From the human T2T-CHM13v2.0 reference genome, Homo sapiens: a stretch of 64,000 nt of DNA. The DNA lies in NCBI RefSeq assembly GCF_009914755.1, contig NC_060926.1; one strand, written 5' to 3'. Each line of letters starts with the position of its first letter. Within the stretch, counting starts at the first letter, position 1. Shown here one piece after another: positions 24,681-37,377 of the stretch. The notes below the pieces were generated by a model. That model saw only the letters and a program-made list of their open reading frames with translations, made no database searches and was not told the DNA's origin. Both the position numbers and the translations under genes were made by a program.

Positions 24681-25849
24681 GAATCCTTGGTCTCTCTTAG
24701 GAGACCTCAAGTTTGCATAGGGTCTTATCCTGCTGAGGGAAAACAGGACGTGATTTGCACAAGAAGTACCCACATTTTTTTTCATGAAATTCTCCCAAAA
24801 CCCAAAATCAAATTATAAATGGAATCACCCTATTCCACTGGGCAAACATTATTACTGGAGATACGTTCCTCACCAAAGCCAGTGCAAAATAAGGGAAAGG
24901 GTACAGGGGACCTAGGTTCTAACCTAGAAAATCCCACTAACTGTGCCACCGTGAAAAATCCATTCCTTTAGGACTCATATCAGTATCTGTAAAATGGGAA
25001 TCACTGGGCTAAGTACACCTCAGAGGAGTACCTGGGCAAAAACGAAAGGGAACGATCACTATGAAAGCCAAAGAGCTGAAACAAACACATCTGCTACCCT
25101 CCGAGATCTCACTTGTGAGGTTCTTATGGTGCAGTCACCTAGGGGAAATAGCAGTGTGCAAGCACATCTCCAGTTCACCCCTTACCCTGCAGGCCTGGCT
25201 CTGAGGGGTGGTCCTCCCCAGAGGTAAGCTCCTGTGTCTAATTGACTTGCAGTCATAAAATGCGCTCCCCACATGGCCTGCATTTGTCCTTTCCTAATTT
25301 GGGGTCATTTCTCCTTGTTGTTCCTACACTGATGACTAAAATTAATCTCTGGCATTTCCCAGCAGCTAAATCATCATAATCAAACTCTGCAGCTGCCAGA
25401 TTTGCTGACTCAAACCCCCTATGTATTCATATGATATTTGCCGGGTAATTACAGAATAGAGGTAATTATATTCATGACTCCATTACTTTCATAATTCCAG
25501 AGACCCAGAAATCACTTAAAATAAAAAAAAACCTCACAAAGCCCAGAGAAGAAATTCCTTCAATAGCTACCCTAAACTACCTCTTATCCTGTTTGCCTTT
25601 TCACATCATTCTTGCCTCAAAACTTTCCCATTCAACAGTGGCAGCTCCTGAGCTCCTCAGTGAAGGGGCAAAAGGAGAGAGATGAAACACAGACTAAGAT
25701 GGGGCCACTCATCTTGGTTAGGACCAAAAAGGCATTGGGTGATTTAAATCAATATGCAGTGGCTACAGTAACACCAGTTACTACTGTAACAATTAAGCCT
25801 TAAGTGGACTTAAGGCGCTTACCTCAATGGACTGTCAGGCGCTTACTAC

Positions 25850-26207
25850 AATGAAGATTTGTTTCCTATTCATGCCACAGTACAGTTCAGGTACTTCTTA
25901 TGACGCACCTGTCATATGCCCATTCAGGAACCCAGGCTCCTTCTGTATTGTGACTGTGCCCACTCTAAGTCCTCAACAGTTTCTCCAATCAGCTAACAAA
26001 TAGGAAAAGACTTTGGTAACTACCTAGACCCAGACATGACACTCATCAATTCCTCTCATCAATTCCTATTAGCAACAGCTTGGCCCAGGGCCCCGCCTAC
26101 ATGCAAGGTAGCCCTTGCCAGAAAGCAACTTCCTGGCAGCAGCTCTATGCAATGATACAGAACACAAACACACACCTTTGGTGGCTACCTGGCCACTTCT
26201 GCCAACA
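25850..26207 (-). mobile_element. Old MLT1 (J/K-like) LTR
   Basis: ggaacccaggctccttc...cctacatgcaagg...tttggtggctacctggccacttctgccaaca. Confidence 0.55.
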
Positions 26208-28204
26208 GTGTGATACTAACAGGGCATAGGGAAGCATCCCAGGGCATTTGGGAAATGATAGATCATCATAAGCTGTGTGGCCTGCAGTACAAATTAAAGT
26301 GGTAAAACAAATGCAGTTGTCCCTTGGGACAATCCAGTATTGGCTCCAGGACCCCCTGAGAATACCATAATTAGTAGAAGATTGAGTCCTGTAATTGGCC
26401 CTGTGGAACCCAAGAAATAACAAAAGAAATTCACCATCTCTATTAAATTACCTTCTATTAATTTAACATCCAAAAAGGATCCCATCACAGTGGCATCCTA
26501 GTGTGATCCCTGAGTCATGCCTGGGCAGACTATTTAGTCTCCCTTCCCATCTCTTACTCCCACCCAGCCTTTTTTGTGTGCTGCCCTCAAAATTCTCCCC
26601 TTATAACTCCTCCCTAGAGATCTGTTGACTCCTCACTGCCCATAATTTGTGCCATTGCTGTCCCTCTCTGCAGCTCAGCCTGCTGGGGCACTCACAGAGA
26701 GAAGGTCATGTATGTCCAGCAATGGTGAGAGATGCCAGCAAAGACTCTGGTCACCAATCAAAGGGGCAGGCAGGGTGACTGCTAAGCCTGATTAAGCAGA
26801 GAAGGAGGCCAGTTGTGAAGGCAGAACTCAGGAGTCAGGATGCAGCCAAGTCCCACACCTTGAGGGCTGCCCCTGGGGATGCTTGTCCCAAGATTGGTGG
26901 CAGCAGAGGAGACCCAGTAGCAGAGACACTGGAGAGTTTAGCAGGATGACTGGGTCCCTGGGCTTTGGATCCTGCCAAGTCTGAGGAGTGGCACAGAAGC
27001 TGCTTGTAGACTTGGAAGGGTTAAGCTGGGACTGAGCCTGAGGCTGAGTGGCATCAGCAGGTGTGCCATGAGGAGTTTAGAGCTGCGGGGAGGGGAGATG
27101 CAGAGACGAACTGGGGACTGACAATGAAGCCAAACAAAAGAGAAACTCACATAGTGGTCCTCGTGAAGCATCTCACCCACATCAGAAGAGCCCTGAAGAC
27201 CGGAGTCCACTGACCATCACCCAACAGATGGGTGGCCCTCACCCATGCAAACATGTGGAGTACACAGGCATTCTTTTCCATTTTTAAAACTCCAACCTAA
27301 TGGCTCTCCTGTATTTTCCATTCTGAATTTTCCACTTCAGCAGTTTTCTTTTTGTTTGTTCCAGAAAAAGGATAGCATTAAGTTTTACTGTGTGTTTCAC
27401 ACTTGAAAACCTCTACAACAAGATACAGCTTTTCCCCAGAACTGCTTTTGTGGTGGATCATGGCAACCCATGAGCGGGGAAACAAGGGGCAGACTCCCGG
27501 CACAGCAATCAAAAGCCCAGGGTGAGCACTTCTCCAAGGCTGAGCTCCCTCCATGGGAATGTGAGGAAGGCAGGTCACAACCTCTTAGGCAAGAATAAGA
27601 ATTCCCCAGTAGATATGCCATCCTCCAAAGCATGATTCTACCTCGTCCACTTTCTCATCTGGGAAGACCTTGGGATTTCCAAATACTGGTAGAAAAATAT
27701 TTTTTGTAGTATCACAATTTTTTTCAAAATGCAGTGTTTAGAAACATATATTAATAAACAACAATAAGAGGAAAAGGTCTAGTTTCATTTTTCATTCCCC
27801 TTCAAGTAGAAAATAGACCTCTGCCATCCCCTACCCCCTTTTTGGAGCCTCATCATTTGCGTCCTCTTTCTGCAGTTCCATTATATCCCATCTATCCAGA
27901 ACTCAAGCATCCTCAACCATCCAGAGCAGAGTGGAGAACAAAAAAGGTGCTGCAAGGCAGCTGAGCACCCAGGCTAAAGGTCCCCCTGTCCACCCAGAGA
28001 CATTGGCAGCCACAAGGAAGCTTCATAGCCTTCTTGTTCCTACATTTTTTTTTTTTTTTAGGGAGATACATTTTATTCACGAAAAGCTGCATAACTTCAG
28101 CATACGGCTTAGTCATTGGTCAGTTTTCATCAATATTAAAAAATTATCTGGTATATTTGTTAGAAATAGGTGGGCTTAACATGCACACATGCATGCACAC
28201 ACAC

Positions 28205-28610
28205 ATACAATCCTGGCTTAAACCCAGAAGAGTTTATTCTCTAACATAAAATAAGTTCAAAAGTAGAAAGTCCAGATCTGATGTCATCAGAGACCCTCTA
28301 AGCTTTTGCATTTTCATTTTAATATGTGACTTTGCTCTTCAAAGTCCAAGGACCCTCCCCAGCAAGAGAGAGAAAAGGGAAAAAAACCAGCGGGGCACAT
28401 TCCCTGGGTAAGTCAGTCACCTTTAAAGAATTTTCCCTGAAGTTCCACACAACAATATCCTTCTCGTTGGCCACTCACGTAGCCATATTGAGCTGCAAGG
28501 AAGCTGGGAATCATAATCTTTAGTTGGACACATGCTGCTCCTATTCAAAAGCAGTGCTCTATTAACACATAAGAAAAGGAAAACGATGATTGTGTAGTGT
28601 GGGGAAACTA
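28205..28610 (-). mobile_element. Old MLT1 (J-like) LTR
   Basis: ggcttaaac...tttattctct...agctgcaaggaagctgggaa...tctttagttggacacatgctgc. Confidence 0.55.
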
Positions 28611-29004
28611 GGCTTAATCTAACCTCACTGAGGAATGTTGAAGAATGTGACTCATGATATGTGATATGTGCTAGGTACACTGTCAGGGATAGCCACAGGA
28701 GACACTCAAGAAGTACTGACTACGCTAAAAATTCCCACACAGAAGACACACTATCCCTGGAATTCTGGGTATCAATCTATGAATTTCAGAACTAACACCA
28801 AATGTTTGGCCACATGGCCCATGTCTGGGCAGTGTTTGAGCACTTTTAGCTCTGAGAAAAGATATTATCTCACAGACCCATTGACAGTGGTGTAACCCTA
28901 GAGTCAGAATTGAGATATTTTCTGTCTGAATATATTAACCAGTCTAGAGACCAGCTCCATCTGTTCAATATCACTTATGGCACAAGTTGTGAGTTGCCTA
29001 CCAT

Positions 29005-29106
29005 TAGGAAAGAAAGTGAGAGAGAGAAAGAAAGGAGGGCGGGGTTAAGGAAGAAAGGAAGGAAGGAAGGGAGGGAGGGACAGAGAGAGGGAGGGAGGGA
29101 GGGAGA
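29005..29106. repeat. Purine-rich (GA/GGAA/GGGA)n low-complexity tract
   Basis: Seen directly. Confidence 0.85.
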
Positions 29107-29513
29107 TACTGAGACCCAACAGCATATGCCAATTCATAAATATAGAACTGGATAATTTTATTTTTAAACCTACATTTTAAACACTAGTGAGTTTGGTTCT
29201 CAACCCATGGCATACCTAGGACAGTGCATTGGAACAGGGAGAGGGACCACCGGCAGGTGACAAAGGCTCTGAAAGCACAGTAGGTGAGGCTGCCCATGCC
29301 TGAACAAACAATCCAAGGTTTTGCAAGAGACTAGGAGGATTTTGGAGGAAGGGGTCTGACTCAAATGAACCAAAGGGGGCAATCCAGTCTGGCAAAACTC
29401 CACAATGAGCTGGCGTTTCTGCTTAGAGGAAAGGCAGAGGAGAGCAAGAATGGAAGGCAAGGTTTGGAAGGCAGGCCAAGCTGGTAGTGGATGATTTGAA
29501 CAGAGAGGCCATC

Positions 29514-29571
29514 TGTTGTGTGCGGAATTTGGGTGTGGAAGGTGTTGTGTGCGGAATTTGGATGTGGAAGC
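29514..29571. repeat. 29-bp tandem duplication
   Basis: tgttgtgtgcggaatttgg(g/a)tgtggaag occurs twice. Confidence 0.95.
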
Positions 29572-31033
29572 CCGTGCACTATGAATACAGTAGCAATGGA
29601 GGATGCAGGTGATGTGGGGAGCTTCTGGGAGAGGGGAGGCATGAGCATCCCACAGCAACCAGGAGCACCATGGCTTCTGAGTGAGGATATCATCAAGGGA
29701 TGAGACCCCGCCTGCCTGAGAATTCCAAGGCTACCAGGCAACTCAGAATGGCAGGGCTGGGAGGAATCTGAGACATCAAAATCCACTTCTAATTTTTCAC
29801 ACACTGCTCTGAGACCTGGCTAAGAGTAGTGGCTGTAGTAGCGGCAGGTCCACACTTTGACAACAGGTGAGCGGGACAGCCACGGCTGCTCCCAGACCCT
29901 CGCCTCCCAGCCCAGAAATCTCCCCTGCATTGGGCTGCCTCTCATTCCCTCCCCACCCTCATCCTGTGAAGTGTCCAGCCACTGTCCTGGCCCTGTGTGG
30001 GGGTCAGCAGGATTTCTTATGACCCTGTGCCCACCCAGGGAGCTGGCCTCAACCATTTAGCTTTGACTGAAGTGGGTAGCGGGACGCCTGCTGGGCTGGG
30101 GAGTTGGGAAGCTTCGTTAATCATGCTTTCAGAGCACTTTGCGATGCAGAGATGAAAGAAGTCTGAGGAGAGCAAAGTACAGCCATTACAATCTCCATCT
30201 TCCTAATTGAGGAAAATGAGGTTATTTCCAAATCCTCTGTGATGCGATGGGAAATGTGCTTGATAGGCCCTCACTTACAGCTCTCCCCTACCACGGCTGC
30301 TCAGAGCTGAGGTAGCCAGGGTGCTATGTGTGCAGAGCACCCAGGTTACAGCCCCGCCACCCAGACATGCCCCAGCTGCCCTGCGTCACTCCTGATGCAT
30401 CAGCCCCAAGAAGGGCAACCTCGACAAAACATCAAAGTTGGGCACCTTTGAGCGGCATGGAAGTTCTCCTCCTCTGCACTGAGTAATTGGAACAAAACGA
30501 CCCAGGCAGTCTTGCTGTAACATCAAAGCTGCATATAATAACCTCACAGATGAATTTAAGAGTGAATACATTCACAGCCACTGCTCAAGTTTGAAGTATG
30601 CTGCAATGTTTTTCAGCTTCAGAACCAAGCAAGAAGAAGAAGAAGAAAAAACTCACCTGCTATTGCTTCCTCTATTGACCCTTCTGGGCTGCAGTGGAAG
30701 GTGTGCGTTTATCGTCTTCACATAAGAAGTCAGTCTAAGAACAATGACGAGGATAGGAACAACCAAGAATAGGACTGGGGGGGCAGGAGAGAAATCCCAA
30801 AGGTAACATATACGTTCATAGAAAGCCCAGGCCACCCACAGGCTCTGTGAGGCACAGGGTGACGCTGACCAAAACACCTGCCAGGGTTCCACCATCAAGG
30901 TCAGTAGGGGGGTGCTGGTCACTGACCTTGAATGAATGGCTCCCTTTATTTAGGTTAGAAGACTAAAGGTGAGTATATATTTATGAACATTAGTGCTACC
31001 AAAGAAAGGAATTCAGAAATGGTTCACGAGATA

Positions 31034-31099
31034 GTAGGTTGGTGTGAAAGTATTGTGGTTTTTGCCAAAGTAGTAGAAATTACCTTCGCACCAACCTAA
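31034..31099. mobile_element. MADE1 mariner MITE
   Basis: Inverted termini taggttggtg...caccaacctaa, with TA on both sides. Confidence 0.88.
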
Positions 31100-31807
31100 T
31101 ATAGATGGCCCTTCACTGTGGGGCAGCTGAAGTCCTGGGACCTTCTAGGAGCAAGTCACAGGCTCCCGTTTCTAGGAGGGAACTCAGAGTTCACAGCTAA
31201 GGGGACCCAGGACAGGACTGTGACATGCACTGTGGCCAGGAAGTGTCTGTAAAATAGCATCCTTTGGAACAACTGAAGGCAAAGATTCAGGACATGTCAT
31301 TTCTCAGTGCTGACCCGCACAGTAACTGCTCTCCTCCCTACCTGAGCACATCTAGTCAGGTCCACTTCTCTTGTCTTCATAGCCTAATGAAACTCCCTGG
31401 GTCTTCTATTTCTAGTTGATCTTAACTCCCTGGCCCCTAGATCTAGACATGCCCTGTGGTCAGTAGATACATTGCTACCCTTTTGTATAGCCACCACGCT
31501 GTGGGACTGCATGCCAGGTTAATGCACTATTTAATCAACCCACTTCACAGCTGAGAAAACAAGAGAATAAGGATATAACTTCTCCCTTCAGTGAGAGAAC
31601 ATGTAGGCAGCACATTATTGCTATAACAACTGATATGTGCGTCCCCTTCAAAAATCAAGGGGCCTGTAAATATCACCCTCATACTAACTCTGTGAAGCAG
31701 CATTCACCCTGAAACCCTGAAACCATGTTGCAGGGCTACACCCCAGCCTGTTCCTAAAACCCATGCCCTTCCTCATTCACCTATGACCCAGTGGCATCAT
31801 TGTCCTT

Positions 31808-32267
31808 CATTATGGGTCAAATTGTGTCCCCCAAAAAGACGTTGGAGTTCTAACCCCCAGTACCTGTGAATGTGACCTAATTTGGAATGATCAAGTTCAG
31901 ATGTCATTGGGGTGAACCTCTAATCCATTATGACTAGCGTCTTTACAAAAGGGAAGAATTCAAACACAGAGGCTGACATGCTCCAGGGAGAACGCCACAT
32001 GCAGATGAAGTTGGAGACGCAGGGTGGTTGCATCTACAAGCCAAGGAACACCAAAGACCACCGGCAAAACACCAGAAGCCGGGGGTGCCGGGGAGGCCTG
32101 GAATAGATACCTCCTTGGAGCCCTCAGCAGGAGCCAACCCTGGCACAGACAGCTTGATCTCAGACTCCTGGCCTCCAGAACTAAGACCAAACATTTCTTC
32201 TGTTTTTTGTAGTTCCACCACTCAGGTTCTGGTATTTTGTTAGGGCAGCCCTAGAAAAGTGAGATAC
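31808..32267 (+). mobile_element. MLT1C-like LTR
   Basis: ttatgggtcaaattgtgtcccc...ctacaagccaaggaacaccaaaga...gactcctggcctccagaact...ggcagccctagaaaa. Confidence 0.88.
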
Positions 32268-32441
32268 CTCCTTATACTCACTCCAATCTTTTTGTCCTCA
32301 TTGCTCATACTAAGGCAGCAGGTCTTTCCTTAGACCTCCAACCCACCTCTCCAGCTGGCCTCCCTTGCACTGAAAAAGGTAAGGGTGGGCCGGTTTCTGG
32401 GGAGGCTTGCATATGCCCTTTTATTCCAGGTCCTGCCCACC

Positions 32442-32442
<1 letters not shown>

Positions 32443-32504
<62 letters not shown>
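32443..32504. repeat. (CA)n microsatellite
   Basis: Long, nearly pure CA run. Confidence 0.97.
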
Positions 32505-32604
32505 TCACTCCCCTAGAATGGAGAGGCAGGGACCAATGGGACCAGAGGGCCTGGGCCAACCTTGGCACATTGGGTAGAAGTTGGAAAGTCAGGGGAAGAC
32601 TTCA

Positions 32605-32898
32605 CTGTTTTTGTTTTGAGACAGGATCTCGCTCTGTCACCTAGACTGGAGTGCAGTGACACGATCACAGCTCATTGCAGCCTCGACCTCTGGGATTTAA
32701 GCAATCTTCCCACCTCAGCCTCCCAAGTTGCTGAGACTACAGGCACACAGCACCACTCCCAGCTAATTTTTGTATTTTTTGTAGAGACAGGGTTTCATCA
32801 TGTTGCCCAGGCTGGTCTCGAAATCCTGGACTCAAGTGATTCTCTCACCTCAGCCTCCCAAAGTGCTGAGACTAAGGTGTGAGCCGCCGCGCCCAGCC
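32605..32898 (-). mobile_element. AluJ
   Basis: gagacaggatctcgctctgtc...cacagctcattgcagcctcgacctc...catgttgcccaggctggtctcg are J-type diagnostics. Confidence 0.92.
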
Positions 32899-35800
32899 CC
32901 CCTTGTTTCTTGAGGCTTCCCCCTGCCAATATCAGCACCTCCCTTTGTCTCTGGGGTCAGCAGCCAGGCTCCTGAGCCAGCACACTTTTCCATCCCATAC
33001 ACCACATGTCACCCTGGGTAAACCTTTCTCGTCCCATACCTACCTTATCAAGAGGACAAATTGCTCTAGGCTGCTGAGGCTGATCATCTCTCCCTGCCAC
33101 CTCCCAGCAAGGAGCTTTGGTTTGAGTGTTTGCTATTAGGTGACTCTGGAAGGCACAGACCTCCTTGTCCCTGTGTTCCTCAAACAGCCCAACAGAGCAT
33201 TTCCTGATGCACTGTCTTCCCCTGGGAACTTTCACTACTTCACATCCCACTGCCGTCACAGAAATTCACTGCTACTTTTCACGGCAACTTTGCCTGGTCC
33301 TCATGCCCAAATTTGGAGGCTGTGTGGGAGTGCCTGCCTCTCTCGCTATTGCCCTCTGCTCCAGTTTGGGCATCTTCACTAAGCAAAATAGATGTCCTGT
33401 GACATCCTTATAAAGCTCCAAATGAGGCCAACGCTGCCAGTTCACTAGATAAAGAAGGAGTCAGGACAGGAATAGGACAGTCTGCACAGGCACAAGCTTG
33501 TAACCCACCAGTCCTTTTCTGCTAACTGGGCCCCTGCGCCTTGAGCTCTTCTCCTCCCCATCCGAGGAGTCCTCTGACATCGTCTGCAGGTCCTCAGGGC
33601 CTCAGAGATGGGGAGTTGACTGGCAAGTTCAAACAATGAGAAAAAAAGCATTCCCTTGGATGCAAACAATCAGGCTGAAGAGCTTCTACAAAAGCCCTTG
33701 CCATAACATGATTTTTGACCTAGACATTCAGTTTTAAAGTTTTTCTTTTCCCTTAAATTTGGTGCTTTATTGTGACTAGCAAAGCCTTGTTGATTTAACT
33801 TTGTGCATTATTTTTCTTACAAAGGGATGATTTTTTAAAAGCTTGTCAGTTAAGTATGATTACATCCTATATAAACCAGAGTTACTTTTCTTCCTACAAA
33901 TAGATATCTTATTTTAAAATGTGCTTCATAGAAATTCCTGTATAGCCCACTTCTCTCCCATGAAGTGAGGCCTGGAGTTTGATTTACTTTGTGTTCCGTC
34001 AGTACCTGGCTCCTGCACATGGGACACCACCACTCACATACACACTGGAATTAAATGAATTAAATGCAGGGGTGGATGATGAAAAAGCTTCTCCAGCAAA
34101 TGAAGTATTTGGAGATTTATCAACATCTCTAGGGCATTCTGAAACTCTCCAGATTACCTCTGAAATGCACAGGATTTACGAGGGATTAAGAGAAACTTGA
34201 AAATCTTGAAAAATGCAAGAAAACAGTGAATGACTTGAAAACAGGACTCCTAAAAAAAAAAAAAGAAAAGAAAATAGGACTCCTTAAGGTGAGTTAGGAA
34301 TGTGGTCACGTAACAGGAGTCAGTAGAAGAGACAAGAATACTTTAAGGGGCCTTTGAGTCCAGAATAACATCATCTACATCTTATCTTTTCCCACTTTCA
34401 TCATTAAAACAAAGCAACTACGTCTTCCCCATCAGCCTCTTGCCCCTTGATTTCTACTCAATGGCTCCCATCCCATCTATGTCAACTTAGTGTTCATCAC
34501 CTCAGTGATGTATGTCTTTGGTAGCTTTTCAGTGGTTCACTGTCTTAATTGTCATGGCACTGTAGAGATGGAAGCATAGGGAGTTCAGTGGAGCAAGATC
34601 AGATAACCAAGTAATAACAAACCAGCCATCTACCAGTCACCCCCATTTCTGCCTAATGCCCCCAAAGCACCCAGCATTGTGGCATTGCCTACATCATCCC
34701 CAGTGCAGTCAGGCTTTATGTACCACTACCTTATCCCACACCCCATAATATACACCACATCTGTCCCCCTTGTGCTCACTTATACCAAGAAGACCTTTTC
34801 CCTTTCCCCAGCCACATAACAACCTCATCCTGTCAGGTCTAGCTCAAGCTTCTAACTATCTGTGGGTCCAACTTCCTTCCAGCCCTCAGGGAGCAATCCT
34901 TCCTCTAAGTGCCTGCACCAGGTATGCAACAAATTGTTCCCAAAGCACTTGGACTTGGGTGAAAATTGATATTTTCGTGTGGATGTACTTTATCCTGACA
35001 ACTCAAGTGTAGCTTCCTGGAAGTCAATGTGCTGAGCACATAATATTCAGTAAGTATTTACTGATGTGAAGGATTGTGGTCAATCAGTCCCTATCAAGAA
35101 TACAGTAGGGGGAATTGAAATAGGCTGCATGTGGATGAAACATAAGAAAACAATTCTGTGCATTAGTAGTTGTACTACTTCTGCTTGATCATACTTTTCG
35201 AGCATTTTGGCAGATATTCCAACACAAGTATCCAGAGAAGCAGTGCAGAAATTATGCTGGCCTCCATACTAAGCTCTTTACCAGGTGCTAGGAGTAGAAA
35301 AGTAGTCCAGATCTCACTCTCACTAACGCATTGTGGCTGACCTTCATCTAGTACCTGTAAAGCAGTAAGGCAGGCCCATCTCACCCACTCTTTCTCAATC
35401 ACGCGTCTCCCAGAGTTGTCCTAGGTCTTAGGCCTTCCCTGTCTGGAGCTACAGGACTTCCACCCATCTGTATCACAGGCTGTCAGCCCTTGCTGTTTGG
35501 TTCCCCACTCCTGGAAGCAGTTGTAACTAGTCCAGGTTGGGCCCAGACACTAGTGTTTTTTAAAAGCCCCCACTTGTTTCTAAAGTGCATCCCGACAGAA
35601 TTCCTGCACCATACGCCGGCCCCACCACCACCACCACAGTCAGGGCAGGGGAGGGCAAGAGCAGCCACATGCCCCTCCCTCTCTGGCCCTTCCCTTTGTT
35701 CTACAAAGGCTGGAATTATGGACAGAATCTATGAAATGTTTGTGTGCAACTCTGAGGAATAATAGAGAGGTGGTAAAATGTAAATGAGACACAACACGAT

Positions 35801-36344
35801 TGTACAAAAATACGAAAGAACTAATAAGCTCTTTACAGGAGTTATTCTCACCACCACACCCCAGTTCCTAGCATTGCTTCCCAGAGCTGAGGTCAGCTAA
35901 CCCCTTCTTCTGAAAGAGAGTCCCTCTTCTGTCCTTCCATTTTTAACATGCCACACACTTTATCCCTGGAGACTGGGCTCAGCCTTTCATCCAACCCTTC
36001 TGCTCAACGACAATCCTTGAGACTCCACTCTTCCCATGATTTAACTTATTCTGTCTGGAATAACCTCACTGGTGCCTTGAATCAGCCCAGGACTCCCCAT
36101 GATCATTTCCCTTTATAAAGTCCTGGGACTCTCCTTTCCTATGAGACACTTGGGCCAAATCTACAAATACTCTTCCCTGACCACCATGAGGATCCTCCAT
36201 ACATCATCACACAAAACAGCTAGAGGGCTTCTCTCCTGCTTCCAGACCACTCCCAGGGGTCTACCAATGCATCCGAAATGACTTGCCAAACAAGTCACCT
36301 GCCCTCGAGGGTCACCCTTTTGCACCCAGAAATCCTGAGAACTG

Positions 36345-36472
36345 TGGTTTATCAGTCCTGGCAGCACATTAGAATCACTTGAGGAGCTTTAAAAAAAATC
36401 CACGTCTGACCCATGAGCTAGTAAAGTAGATGAGAAGCCCTGGAGGTGGAGCTCAGGCATGGTTGAGAATCA
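36345..36472. mobile_element. MER5-like hAT fragment
   Basis: gcacattagaatcacttgaggagctttaaaaaa...ggttgagaatcac. Confidence 0.55.
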
Positions 36473-36570
36473 CACTTGCAGATACTTTGAAAGTAAGTTT
36501 TCTTACCTTGCAACAGAAATTCATATACAGGACACCTTCCCTTCCATTCTCCATAAACAGAATGGGGGAC

Positions 36571-37377
<807 letters not shown>

